Notes: a model not told the origin generated them from the letters alone. Positions 1-8,151 are shown, counted from the stretch's first letter. The stretch is 22,437 bases of DNA from Gemmatimonadota bacterium (GCA_031372565.1 JANMLN010000094.1:1-22437); one strand, 5' to 3'. Numbers and translations: made by a program.

Positions 1-2
1 CC

Positions 3-509
3 CTCGATGCGGTGGGTGCGGCCGACGTGCTCCTGCATGCGGCCCTTCGGCGGCAGGCGGCCGACGGGCTGGTGGACCTCGACGCCGTGGACGCACTCGA
101 CGCTGTTGACGAGGGCGGGTTTGCCCTGCTCAACGCGGCGAACGCATGGGCCACCGTGGCGTGGCTCCGGGCTGCGGCCTCCAACCTTGCCGCCGCCGCT
201 CACCCGCAGGTCGTGGTGCTGGTCCCGTGGCTGGCGTCAACGAGCGTCAAGATGCGGGGAGGCGACTACGCGTACTGTGCCTCGCTCGCGGCGCGCCTGA
301 TGGTGACCCGCGCGCTGGCGCATGACCTGTCCGTCACCGGCATTGCCGTGAGCGCCTGCAATCCAGGGCCCTACAAGATCGCGATGGAGGGCCCGGCCTT
401 CCAGCACACGGTCACCGAGGCGGCCGAGGGGGTGGTGCAGCGCCTTGCCGAGGTGTCGCTCGCGCGCGGGTTCGAGTGGCGGGACTGGAACGGCGCGATG
501 CGCGGCTGA
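3..509 (+). CDS. SDR-family (CsgA/C-factor-like) oxidoreductase-fold protein, 5'-partial, atypical catalytic motif
   Basis: The frame is open from the window edge. GGDYAYCASLAARLMVTRALAHDL..GIAVSACNPG..K.AM.G..and a terminal DWNG follow the CsgA-type SDR C-terminal pattern (YxaSKaAlnm.trslA.dl..gi.v.a.hPG.v.TdMgg...dwdG), but YxxxK is YCASL. Confidence 0.65.
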   Translation, partial: LDAVGAADVLLHAALRRQAADGLVDLDAVDALDAVDEGGFALLNAANAWATVAWLRAAASNLAAAAHPQVVVLVPWLASTSVKMRGGDYAYCASLAARLMVTRALAHDLSVTGIAVSACNPGPYKIAMEGPAFQHTVTEAAEGVVQRLAEVSLARGFEWRDWNGAMRG

Positions 510-625
510 GCGCGCCAGGAGCTCCAGCGGGTCGCCGGTCGCGGTGCCGGCCGTGGGCCCCTCGGCCTTGTCGGACCGGTACGTCACTGCGTTGGTGGCT
601 CGGTCGTAGGTGAGCCGCCCCAGCG
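510..625 (-). mobile_element. Internal fragment of an IS91-family (Y2) transposase
   Basis: The minus-strand translation LGRLTYDRATNAVTYRSDKAEGPTAGTATGDPLELLAR resembles the (L)ERLxY...VxY...dPLEFLAR segment that precedes the HIP...RYYG motif of IS91-like transposases. Both ends are truncated. Confidence 0.7.
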
Positions 626-634
626 GTCCCATCT

Positions 635-1430
635 GGCGAACTCACCCTCCACCTGATGGTCGTGGGGCAGGGCGACGCGCTGGTGTTGCGCACGCCGCAG
701 GGACACTGGGTGGTGATGGACGCGGGGCGCGAGTGGTCCGGCGGCGATGCTGGCGCGCGCACCGTGGTCTCGTATCTCAAGCGGCGCGGTGCCGAGCGGC
801 TGTCGTTGTTCGTGCTCTCACGCGCGCATGCCGATCACGTGGGGGGCGGAGCATCGGTGCTGCGGGCGTTCGGTGCCGACGAGCTGTGGGACGGCGCGTG
901 GGACGACGGAACCCCCGGCGACCGGCGCCTTCTGGAGACGTCGTGCCGGATGGGTATCGCGTGGCGTCGGGTGCAGCCCGGCGACACGCGCCGCATTGCT
1001 GGGGTGGAGTTCACCGTGCTCGCGCCTGACTCCGCGTGGGTGACCGCGCAGCAGGACTCCAACGAGGCGGGCGTCGAGCTGCGGGTGTAATACGGCGACG
1101 TCACGATGCTGCTGACCGGCGACGCCGAAGGGGGCGAGGAGGCGTGGGTGCGCGCCCACGCGGACACGCTGCTCCGCGCCGATGTGCTCAATGTGGGGCA
1201 CCACGGATCCCGCACGAGCACGACACCCGCGCTCCTCGATGCGGTGCGACCGCGTCTGGCGGTGATTTCCGTGGGGCGTGTGAACACGTACGGACATCCC
1301 AGTCCGATCACGATCGGCGCGCTGGCAAGCAGCGGCGCGCAGGTGCTGCGTACCGACCGCTCGGGCACGCTGGTGCACCGACGGGCGCATGCTCTCGGCC
1401 GAGTCCGGCGCCGTGCGCTGGCAGGTGCCG
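635..1430 (+). pseudogene. comEC: comEC/rec2 metallo-beta-lactamase domain pseudogene (no membrane domain)
   Basis: Motifs: ELTLHLMVVGQGDA (DVGQGD), DAG, LSRAHADHVGG (HxHxDH with the first H changed to R), SNE, LLTGDAE, VLNVGHHGSRTS, ISVG..NTYGHP, RTD..G. There is an in-frame TAA at 1088-1090 and a frameshift at about 1376, after which TDGRMLSAESGAVRW continues in another frame. Confidence 0.85.
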
Positions 1431-1472
1431 ACGCGGCGCGCCGAGCCGGCGCACTGTGCGGGTTCGGCGTGC

Positions 1473-2810
1473 TCAGAACCGGATGCTGAGCACCGGGTGC
1501 ATGCCCGGCGAGCGCATGGCCGCGGCGAGCAACCCTGAGGGCTCGAACGAGACGTGCTCCGCGAAGGCATCGCGCTCGGGCGCACGGGCGCGTGAGGTAC
1601 GGCCGCGGGCTTCGGGAATGTTCAACAGGTTGTGCGTGAGCAGGGCGCCGAGCCCGGCGCCGATCGTGTAGCTCACGAACGCCCTCGTGGCGTCGCTTCC
1701 CGCATTCGACAGCTGCGCGGCAGCTGTCGCGGCCAGACCCGTGCCGAGTGCGAGTAGCCGGGCTTGCGATACCGTATAGTCATACCGTCGCGCAACCAGT
1801 CGATCGCCCACGATCACCCCCGCCAGGTACCCGGCGGTCACGAGCGCCGCCGTTCCGCGGTCGCTCGAGCTGGATGCCGCCGAGATGCTCCCGCCGGCCG
1901 CGGCCCCGATGCCCTGCACCACGCGCGCCGCCAGCAGGTCGCCAGGGGTGAGCACGTACGACACGCGGCGCGGATACTCGAGCCCCAGCGGCACGCCAAT
2001 CACCAGCGCGCCCGCGATCACGTATCGCGGCCAGTCGCCATCGGGGGCGGCCGTGAGCGTCAGCCCGGTGGTGGTCAACGCGAGCGTCGTCGAGCCCCAT
2101 GTGGCCGCTTCCGCCTCGGCCGAGGTCAGGCCGCGTCCGTAGTTGAAGCCCACGATTGCACCCGCCACCGACGCTGCCAGCGCCGTGAACGCGAGGGCCT
2201 TTTCCGACCTGTCACCGTAGGGCCCCACGAGCAGTCCCACGGCGGTTCCGCGATGTGCAAGGTCGTTGGCGAGTTGCGCCATGGGGGCACTCACGAACGA
2301 CGAGTTCGCCACCCCCGTGCTGATGAGGAAGGCGGCGAGCCCGGTGACCACCGAGGCGCCGGCCTCGCGCGTGATGACGCCCAAAGGGATGCCGTAGTTG
2401 AAGAATCCCCGTAGGCTCTGCCCCGTAATGAACGCGCCGCGAGCAGATTCTTCGGCAACGGCCGAGGTGCCAACGTCTTGCGCTGGCATGCCCTGTTCGG
2501 CGGCCGCGGCCGAGACCCGAGCGCCGAGTGCCGCGCGCTCAGACGGTGTGAGCGCATAGCGCTCCACCCCCTCGCCGCGCTTGACGACCAACACCCACGC
2601 GTCACCGGTTCGGAAGAGGCGCGCCTCGTCGAAGTCGCCGCGCACCGGCCACTCCGGAGGCCCCAGCTGCAGGCGGCCAACGAGTCCCGGCGTGAGGACG
2701 CGTAAGCGGCCGGCCGAGTCGAATGCCACCGGCGTCTCGATGACCTGCGAGCGCAGCGGCGCGGCGGCGATGCACAGCAACGCCAACAGCGTGGCAGACA
2801 GTCGGCGCAT
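1473..2810 (-). CDS. Exported/membrane hypothetical protein with multiple Gly/Ala-rich hydrophobic helices
   Basis: 445-aa ORF with a Sec signal peptide (MRRLSATLLALLCIAAAPLRSQ), a soluble N-domain, many GxxxG-rich hydrophobic segments and a C-terminal ...VLSIRF. Confidence 0.8.
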   Translation of the reverse strand: MRRLSATLLALLCIAAAPLRSQVIETPVAFDSAGRLRVLTPGLVGRLQLGPPEWPVRGDFDEARLFRTGDAWVLVVKRGEGVERYALTPSERAALGARVSAAAAEQGMPAQDVGTSAVAEESARGAFITGQSLRGFFNYGIPLGVITREAGASVVTGLAAFLISTGVANSSFVSAPMAQLANDLAHRGTAVGLLVGPYGDRSEKALAFTALAASVAGAIVGFNYGRGLTSAEAEAATWGSTTLALTTTGLTLTAAPDGDWPRYVIAGALVIGVPLGLEYPRRVSYVLTPGDLLAARVVQGIGAAAGGSISAASSSSDRGTAALVTAGYLAGVIVGDRLVARRYDYTVSQARLLALGTGLAATAAAQLSNAGSDATRAFVSYTIGAGLGALLTHNLLNIPEARGRTSRARAPERDAFAEHVSFEPSGLLAAAMRSPGMHPVLSIRF

Positions 2811-3162
2811 GGGTGTTCTCGCTGGAGACGCGACGGCAGTCGCACGGGCACGATGGCGGCAGGCTACACCCGCTCACGACCGGGCCGCAAGGGCGGCCCC
2901 CAACTGTCGCATTCGGGCATGTGGGATCGACTTCTGGGCAAACCGACCAGGCCACCGACAGAGCTTCTCGCGCGCTATGCGGAGACAGCGCGATAGAGGG
3001 CGCGATGGCTTCCCCGCAATCAGGGCGCTGATCGCGGGTCCGGGTCTGGGGAGTGGTGCCTCCGTGGACAGATGATCTGACCCTCACCGACCGCGCCGCG
3101 TGTCACCGTTCCTTTGCGCGACGGGCTGCTTCGACGCAACGACTCTGTGGCGCGGGCATCAA

Positions 3163-3780
3163 TCAGCCGGCACCGTAGCTGAGCCGAATGGCGCGGCTGA
3201 GCGCTCGCGCCAACGGATCGACCCGCGTGCCGGCCACGGAGAGGCGCCCTTCCGTCAGGCGGCCATCAATCGCGAGCAGGGTGTAGCCATGCACCATCGC
3301 CCAGTGCGCCACCGCGCGCTCACGAATCGCGCGGTGGGGGAGCAGCCCGTCGTCCGCCGCGCGGGTCACCGCCTCGATGGCCGGTGCCTCGGCCGCGTCG
3401 GCTGCGGCCCGCAACAGCGGATAGCCCGCGGACCGGGCGAACTCGGGCGCGAACGCCAAACGCAGCCTCGCCGGATCGTCCATGCCGAAGCGCAGGTAGG
3501 CCACCCCCAACCGGCACAGTCCGTCGACGGTCGACGTGGCCCTGGACAGCGCCAGGCGCTGTGAGCGGGCGAGGGCGAGCAGCGCCTCGGTGCTGAGCTC
3601 GGCCAGGAGCGCCTCGCGGTCGACGAAGTGCTTGTAGATGGCGGCGTGCGACACGCCGGTGGCGCGCGCCAGCGCCCGGAGGCTGACGCCGTCGGTGCCC
3701 GCCGTTGACACCATGCGCCGCGCCGCATCGAGCACGGCGTCGCGGAGGTGGCCGTGGTGGTAGGTCCGCTTCGCTGCCAT
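3163..3780 (-). CDS. TetR/AcrR-family transcriptional regulator with WHG-type C-domain
   Basis: N-terminus MAAKRTYHHGHLRDAVLDAA, HTH region SLRALARATGVSHAAIYKHF, and C-terminal WAMVHG. Start placed at ATG 3780. Confidence 0.93.
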   Translation of the reverse strand: MAAKRTYHHGHLRDAVLDAARRMVSTAGTDGVSLRALARATGVSHAAIYKHFVDREALLAELSTEALLALARSQRLALSRATSTVDGLCRLGVAYLRFGMDDPARLRLAFAPEFARSAGYPLLRAAADAAEAPAIEAVTRAADDGLLPHRAIRERAVAHWAMVHGYTLLAIDGRLTEGRLSVAGTRVDPLARALSRAIRLSYGAG

Positions 3781-3790
3781 GCGGCGCAAT

Positions 3791-3805
3791 GTAACCTGCG
3801 GCAAC
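3791..3805. promoter_or_regulatory. Degenerate second TetR operator candidate (GTAACCTGCGGCAAC)
   Basis: 10/15 match to the palindrome at 3892-3906, 10 bp upstream of the tetR ATG. Confidence 0.5.
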
Positions 3806-3891
3806 ATGCGCGCGAGCCGGATGCCCCGGACGCGGAGGGCGCAGCCGGTGGCTCCCGCATCCGCGTCGGCTTCCCGAACTCTTCGTCAGGA

Positions 3892-3906
3892 GTTACCATT
3901 GGTAAC
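3892..3906. promoter_or_regulatory. Candidate TetR operator, perfect inverted repeat GTTACCA-T-TGGTAAC
   Basis: 7-bp arms with a 1-bp spacer, relatively AT-rich, in the divergent tetR/hydrolase intergenic region. Confidence 0.7.
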
Positions 3907-3962
3907 ATAACGCGGGCAACCCGACCGCCCCTGCCCTGCCGTCCTCCCGCACCCTGCGCTCC

Positions 3963-5543
3963 ATGTCGCCCCAGTCAGCTCGTTGCCCCCTCGTCGTGCG
4001 ACCACGACACCGGTATCACCGCACCGCGCCGGCATGGACGACCGCCATGCTCCTGCTGCTCTGGGGGTGCCAGTCCGCGCCGGTGCCGGAGCGCACCGCA
4101 ATCGGCGCGGCCCCGGGCGGGCTGGTCATGCGCGCGTGCATGCACCGCGACAGCATTCCCGCCGAGTGCGGCACGTTGACGGTGCGCGAACGGCCGGGCA
4201 ACGACGCGTCACGACTGATCTCCATCCCGGTCATTCGCGTGCGCGCGTCGGGACCGGCACCGCGCGACCCGATCTTCTTCCTGAACGGCGGGCCTGGCGC
4301 CACCAACATGCGCCTGGCACCTCCCCGATGGTCGCGCGCCGATCATGACCTCGTCCTGGTGGGGTACCGGGGCGTTGACGGCAGCGAGCGGCTGGACTGC
4401 CCCGAGATGAGCGAGGCGCTCAATCAACCCACCGGCGACCTGCTGAAGAGCGAGGGGCTCGCGCTCCGGCGTGCCGCCCTTCGTGGCTGCGCCGAGCGCC
4501 TGCAGCGGGGCGGGATCGATCTGCGCGGCTTCACCATGGACGAGGTCGTCGAGGACATCGACGCCGTTCGCGCGGCCCTGGGCCATGAGCGCATCAACCT
4601 GTACAGCGTCAGCTACGGCACTCGGGTCGCGCAGCGCTATGCCGCCGCGTACCCGGGTCGCGTCGCCCGGTCCGTGCAGGTGGGGGTGAACCCGCCGGGG
4701 CGGTTCGTCTTCGAGGCGGGGCAGTTGGACACCATCCTCACGCAGGAGTTCAGTCGCCTGTGTGCGCTCGACGCGTGGTGTCACGCGCAGACGCCCGACT
4801 TGGCCGCCACCATCCAGCGGGTGGCGCACAACATGCCCACGCGCTGGGGGCCGTTCTCCATTGACCGTGGAGTGGTTCTCGTCGCGGCCTTCGGCATGCT
4901 GTACGATCGCGGGACGGCGGCCATGGCGCTCGATGCGTTCCTCGATGCCGATCACGGCGACGCGAGCGGGCTCGCGGTCCTCTCGCGCCTCGCGCGCTCG
5001 TCCATCAGCTCGGGGCAGGTGTTTGGCGACCTGTTCGCGAAGGGGAGCACCGACCATGACGCGTCGCGCGACTACGCCGCCGCGTTCGATCCACCAGGGA
5101 CGATCATGGGAGCGCCTGCGGCCGCGCTGCTGTGGGGGCCGGTCGGCGACGCTGCGGGATGGCCCATCCATCGCGTCGCCGGGCCGGCCCGCGACGCGGC
5201 ACCGTCGTCGGTGGAGACGCTGCTGATCGGCGGCAACCTCGATGTCTCGACACCGGTGGTGAATGCGACGCGCGAGCTCTTGCCCCGACTCTCGCGCGGG
5301 CACCAGGTGATCTTCCGCGACGCGGGGCACGCGAACCTGATGGAGTTCCAAGGCGCGGCCTACGGCGCCTTGGTCGGGGGGTTCTTTGCGACCGGCGCGG
5401 TCGATACGACCGGCTTTCGCTATGAGCCGATGACGTTCCGGCCGAAGTTGAAGCTGTCGCGCGTGGCGAAGTTGTCGATGCTGGGGGGAGGGTTGCTGTT
5501 GGGTGGGGCGGTGTATGGTGGAGCCAGGCTCCTGCGTCGGTGA
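3963..5543 (+). CDS. Alpha/beta hydrolase, TAP-like peptidase/esterase, probable lipoprotein
   Basis: Motifs ECGTLTVRE, FFLNGGPG, YRGVDGS..LDCPE, nucleophile elbow YSVSYGTR, GNLDVSTP (Asp) and AGH (His). Lipobox-like LLLLWGC and a hydrophobic C-terminal tail. The start could be further downstream. Confidence 0.9.
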   Translation: MSPQSARCPLVVRPRHRYHRTAPAWTTAMLLLLWGCQSAPVPERTAIGAAPGGLVMRACMHRDSIPAECGTLTVRERPGNDASRLISIPVIRVRASGPAPRDPIFFLNGGPGATNMRLAPPRWSRADHDLVLVGYRGVDGSERLDCPEMSEALNQPTGDLLKSEGLALRRAALRGCAERLQRGGIDLRGFTMDEVVEDIDAVRAALGHERINLYSVSYGTRVAQRYAAAYPGRVARSVQVGVNPPGRFVFEAGQLDTILTQEFSRLCALDAWCHAQTPDLAATIQRVAHNMPTRWGPFSIDRGVVLVAAFGMLYDRGTAAMALDAFLDADHGDASGLAVLSRLARSSISSGQVFGDLFAKGSTDHDASRDYAAAFDPPGTIMGAPAAALLWGPVGDAAGWPIHRVAGPARDAAPSSVETLLIGGNLDVSTPVVNATRELLPRLSRGHQVIFRDAGHANLMEFQGAAYGALVGGFFATGAVDTTGFRYEPMTFRPKLKLSRVAKLSMLGGGLLLGGAVYGGARLLRR

Positions 5544-5664
5544 GGAGGGGTGACGCCAACCGCGGCCGAGTTCGATGCGCTGGAGGCGGGTCGCGATGTT
5601 GATCACGTCGGCCGCGTCGGGAAGGGAGCGTGGCACGACCCTTCGTGCCGTGCCATTATTTGCT

Positions 5665-6075
5665 ATGGCCTTCGCGACCTTCCGCCGAGTTACCGCGACC
5701 CTCGCTGTCGTCGGCAGCCTGTACGCGTGCGACTCTCCCACGAGGGTCTGCAGCCTCATCGGTTGCAGTAGCGGTCTTACTGTACAGCTCACGAGGTTAC
5801 CCGTCGGCGCGTTTTCCGTCGAGATCCTGCCTGATCCCCCGCTCGGGAATCCGCCGAGCTATCGCGTCGACTGCGGGGGGACTGCGCCAGCGTGTCTCTC
5901 GCAGGTCTTCTTCCCGGATCTCATCATCGAGCGCGCGCGCGTGCGCGTCACCACCACGCTCGGGACCGTAACGCACGATGTCGGACCGGTCGCATATCAA
6001 ACCTACTATCCGAATGGCCGGCAATGCGGCCCCGCGTGTCGGAGCGCAACGGTCACCGTTGGCATCCCCGAATGA
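5665..6075 (+). CDS. Small Cys-rich lipoprotein, hypothetical
   Basis: MAFATFRRVTATLAVVGSLYAC (lipobox), then CSLIGCSSGL, DCGGTAPAC and PNGRQCGPAC. The stop codon coincides with the IS481-like end. Confidence 0.75.
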   Translation: MAFATFRRVTATLAVVGSLYACDSPTRVCSLIGCSSGLTVQLTRLPVGAFSVEILPDPPLGNPPSYRVDCGGTAPACLSQVFFPDLIIERARVRVTTTLGTVTHDVGPVAYQTYYPNGRQCGPACRSATVTVGIPE

Positions 6076-6194
6076 ACAGCCGGGGCGATTGGTAACACGT
6101 CAAACCGGGGACATGGGTAACACCTGGTGAAGGTGCCCGGTCAATTCCGGATGATGTCATCCCGCTCGTAGAGCTTCGCCAGCAGCACGTCGCC
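6073..6194 (-). mobile_element. IS481-family remnant: last ~17 transposase codons plus right end
   Basis: Minus-strand GDVLLAKLYERDDIIRN* resembles IS481 transposase C-termini. It is followed by two 19-bp direct repeats (6080-6098 and 6105-6123, 16/19 identical; GTGTTACCCATGTCCCCGG on the minus strand) and terminates in ...CTGTTCA (IS481 ends are TGT...ACA). Confidence 0.72.
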
Positions 6195-6297
6195 GGCAGC
6201 GGATCGCGGCCCTGCCGCCGCGGTAGTGCCCCGCGCATCACCTTCGCCACGACAGGACGGCGCACCGCCTCCGCTGGGGCAGCGGGCTTTCGAGAAG

Positions 6298-6328
6298 CTC
6301 GCCTGCACCTGAACGCGCGCCGTTGCGG
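6298..6328 (+). other. attC-like right half-site (decayed)
   Basis: CTCGCCTG-CACCTG-AACGC-GCGCC-GTTGCGG has the same layout as the right arms of the near-complete sites at 12194 and 12969. No convincing left arm was found. Confidence 0.45.
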
Positions 6329-6434
6329 TGGAGCCTCCAGCGCTGCATCGGAGGAGTACTCCCCGATGTCCCGCGGCCTCTGTCGACCGCCTCACCTTGC
6401 GTTGCGTCGGTCACACGCGGCGAAAATCCGCGTG

Positions 6435-6528
6435 GCGAGCGCGGGGCGTTCGCTGTAGCATCAACGGCACGTGCGAATGCCCTGCTCACCGCCGTGCGGG
6501 CGTTCGCCGCAGAACGCAATCGTTGGGC
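6435..6528 (+). other. attC-like site (decayed)
   Basis: The right arm CCGCAG-AACGC-AATC-GTTGGGC ends in a perfect GTTRRRY. The left GCGTT(CG)CTGTAG and inner AACG/CGTT and GCACG/CGTGC pairs give an imperfect palindrome. R'' is not recognisable. Confidence 0.5.
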
Positions 6529-6591
6529 CCCGGACGTTGCCACGCGGCGTTGGAGCTTGCACTCGTGGCAGTCGGTTCGTTCCGCATCCTC

Positions 6592-6617
6592 GCCGAACGT
6601 CCGGTTTCGAGTGACCG
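6592..6617 (+). other. attC-like left half-site
   Basis: GCCGAAC + 8 nt (GTCCGGTT) + T + CGAGTG + A + CCG matches the R''-8-bulge-6-A spacing. No right arm. Confidence 0.35.
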
Positions 6618-6660
6618 TTTCTCCATTCCCGCTGTGCACGTCGATTGCCGAGAGGACCTA

Positions 6661-7482
6661 ATGAAGCAGAAGTACACGTTGGAGTTCGTCTTTCTGCTGG
6701 CGGTCATTGCGGTGAGCCTGATCGGCTTCTCGAGCCTCTTGGTCGGCCACAAGACGGAACTCACTCCATACCATCTACTGCACATCAGCACCAGCCTCGC
6801 GTGGTTGCTGCTGCTATTGATCCAACTCGTCTTGATCAGGCAGAACGGCTTCCGACGCCATCGGGCCATCGGAAAGGCCATCTTCGTCGCCGGACCATTG
6901 CTCGTGGCGAGCCTGATGCTCCTGTCCGTGCACTCGGCGGCGAAGGAAGCCGCCGCGGGGCTGGCGGATGACCTCTTGGTCCAGAACGCAGTGACCACAT
7001 TGGAAGTGGCGCTGCTCATCTTTCTGGCATTCATGTTGAGGCGAAACCGGGACCTGCACGCGTCGTTCCTCATGAGTACGGCGCTTGTGTTCATGGGGAT
7101 CGCACTCTTCTTCACCTTCATCAGCTACGTCCCACGGTTCAAGATCGAGGGGCCCGAGACGTTCTCGCGCTTTGCCGAAGCCGGCCAGACGATTTCGATG
7201 ATCCTCCTTCTCATTGGCCTGCTCTTCTTCCTCAAGAACTGGCGAACAGGGTGGCCGTGGATCATTGCCGCCGCGCTCTTCACCCTGAACGGGTTCTTGC
7301 AGCAATACCTCGACAGCTCAGGCCGAACAAAGTCCCTCACTCTGCTCGTCGCGTCTCCCGGCAGAGCGCCTGCCTTCGGCGCGAGCTTGGTGATTTTCGG
7401 GGCCTTGCTGTGGGTGGCGTGGAGCTTCGCTCCAGGCGAACGGGCGAAGCAGGTTGCGGCCAAGGAAGGCATACGCGCATGA
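6661..7482 (+). CDS. Polytopic membrane protein, hypothetical
   Basis: GAGGA RBS before ATG 6661 (MKQKYTLEFVFLL...). About 7-8 hydrophobic helices with several His near helix ends (HLLH, HRAIG, HASF). Visibly lower GC than the flanks. Confidence 0.85.
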   Translation: MKQKYTLEFVFLLAVIAVSLIGFSSLLVGHKTELTPYHLLHISTSLAWLLLLLIQLVLIRQNGFRRHRAIGKAIFVAGPLLVASLMLLSVHSAAKEAAAGLADDLLVQNAVTTLEVALLIFLAFMLRRNRDLHASFLMSTALVFMGIALFFTFISYVPRFKIEGPETFSRFAEAGQTISMILLLIGLLFFLKNWRTGWPWIIAAALFTLNGFLQQYLDSSGRTKSLTLLVASPGRAPAFGASLVIFGALLWVAWSFAPGERAKQVAAKEGIRA

Positions 7483-7567
7483 ACCCTCAGCGGTCCGAGT
7501 TAGCTGCGGTCCGAACTCTGATCGTCTCCCTGTGGTTTCGTTCGATCACCGATGCGTGGTATCTCTC

Positions 7568-8065
7568 GTGAGAACACCGACTGTCGCCAACCTGTCGCTG
7601 AGCGCAGCCGTCGCCAGCGCCCTCCTCCAGGCCGGCGCCCAGCTCTTCGCCATCGTCGTCATCGTGAGCACGGTGACGGCGGCGCCACCCCGGTCACTGG
7701 CGATGTACGCTGGCGACTACGGGTACAACAGCGGCCCGTTCTGGGAGATGATGCCGACGGTGACGCTCGGCTTCCTCCTCGCCGCGTTAGCGGGCAACTG
7801 GCGGACGCCGAGGCGTCGTCTTCTTCTGGTCGCCCTTGCCCTGTTCATCGCCGCCGGCAGCTTCACCGTATTCGTCATGGTCCCGGTCCAAGAGGCAGTC
7901 GTCGGGGTCGGATACAGCGATACCGTTGACGAGGCATTGCGGATGAAGGCGGCGCGCTGGCTCTTGCTCGAATGGGCGGCCTGGGCGCTGACGCTCAGCA
8001 CCGGCGTTGTCCTTGCAGCTTCCCTGGCCGTCCGCTCACGCGAAGCCACCAGCGACGTAGCCTGA
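7568..8065 (+). CDS. Four-helix membrane protein, DUF1772/anthrone-oxygenase-like
   Basis: GTG start. AQLF...APPRSLAM....FWEMMP..LLAALAGNWRTPRRRLL....AARW pattern with four hydrophobic segments. The stop lies in an R''-like GCCTGAC. Confidence 0.7.
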   Translation: MRTPTVANLSLSAAVASALLQAGAQLFAIVVIVSTVTAAPPRSLAMYAGDYGYNSGPFWEMMPTVTLGFLLAALAGNWRTPRRRLLLVALALFIAAGSFTVFVMVPVQEAVVGVGYSDTVDEALRMKAARWLLLEWAAWALTLSTGVVLAASLAVRSREATSDVA

Positions 8066-8080
8066 CGTGTCGTTCGGCTG
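8060..8080 (+). other. attC-like relic overlapping the stop codon
   Basis: GCCTGAC-GTGTCGTT-C-GGCTG: R''-like heptamer containing the upstream stop codon, then 8 nt ending in GTT. The rest of the site is missing. Confidence 0.4.
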
Positions 8081-8151
8081 CATCTCCCACTGGCACTACA
8101 CCCCAACCAGGAGGAGTGAACCACGAGGACCTCCTGAACGGCTCGATCGTC

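Noticed and set aside
2882..2996. Hairpin GGGCCGC-AAGG-GCGGCCC and short ORF MWDRLLGKPT...
   Set aside because: There is no U-tract for a terminator, and the peptide's resemblance to desaturase WDRLFG is too short to support.
5561..5616. 9-bp inverted repeat CGCGGCCGA...TCGGCCGCG
   Set aside because: It is almost all GC with a long loop and has no attC or terminator features. Likely chance.
4209..5792. Long antisense/alternate-frame ORFs (also 14835-16115, 18486-19496, 19836-20924, 12094-13098)
   Set aside because: These are shadow ORFs expected in high-GC DNA, overlapping well-supported genes, with Arg/Pro-rich non-protein-like composition.
6080..6123. GGTAAC repeats as extra TetR operators or a mini-CRISPR
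   Set aside because: They are direct repeats with a 6-bp gap, only two copies, next to a transposase-like C-terminus. An IS481 end fits better.
7478..7520. attC site after the 6661-7482 gene; 9-bp direct repeat GCGGTCCGA
   Set aside because: CATGAAC and AGTTAGCTGCGGTCC are suggestive, but there is no GTT core at the expected place and the symmetry is too weak to call.
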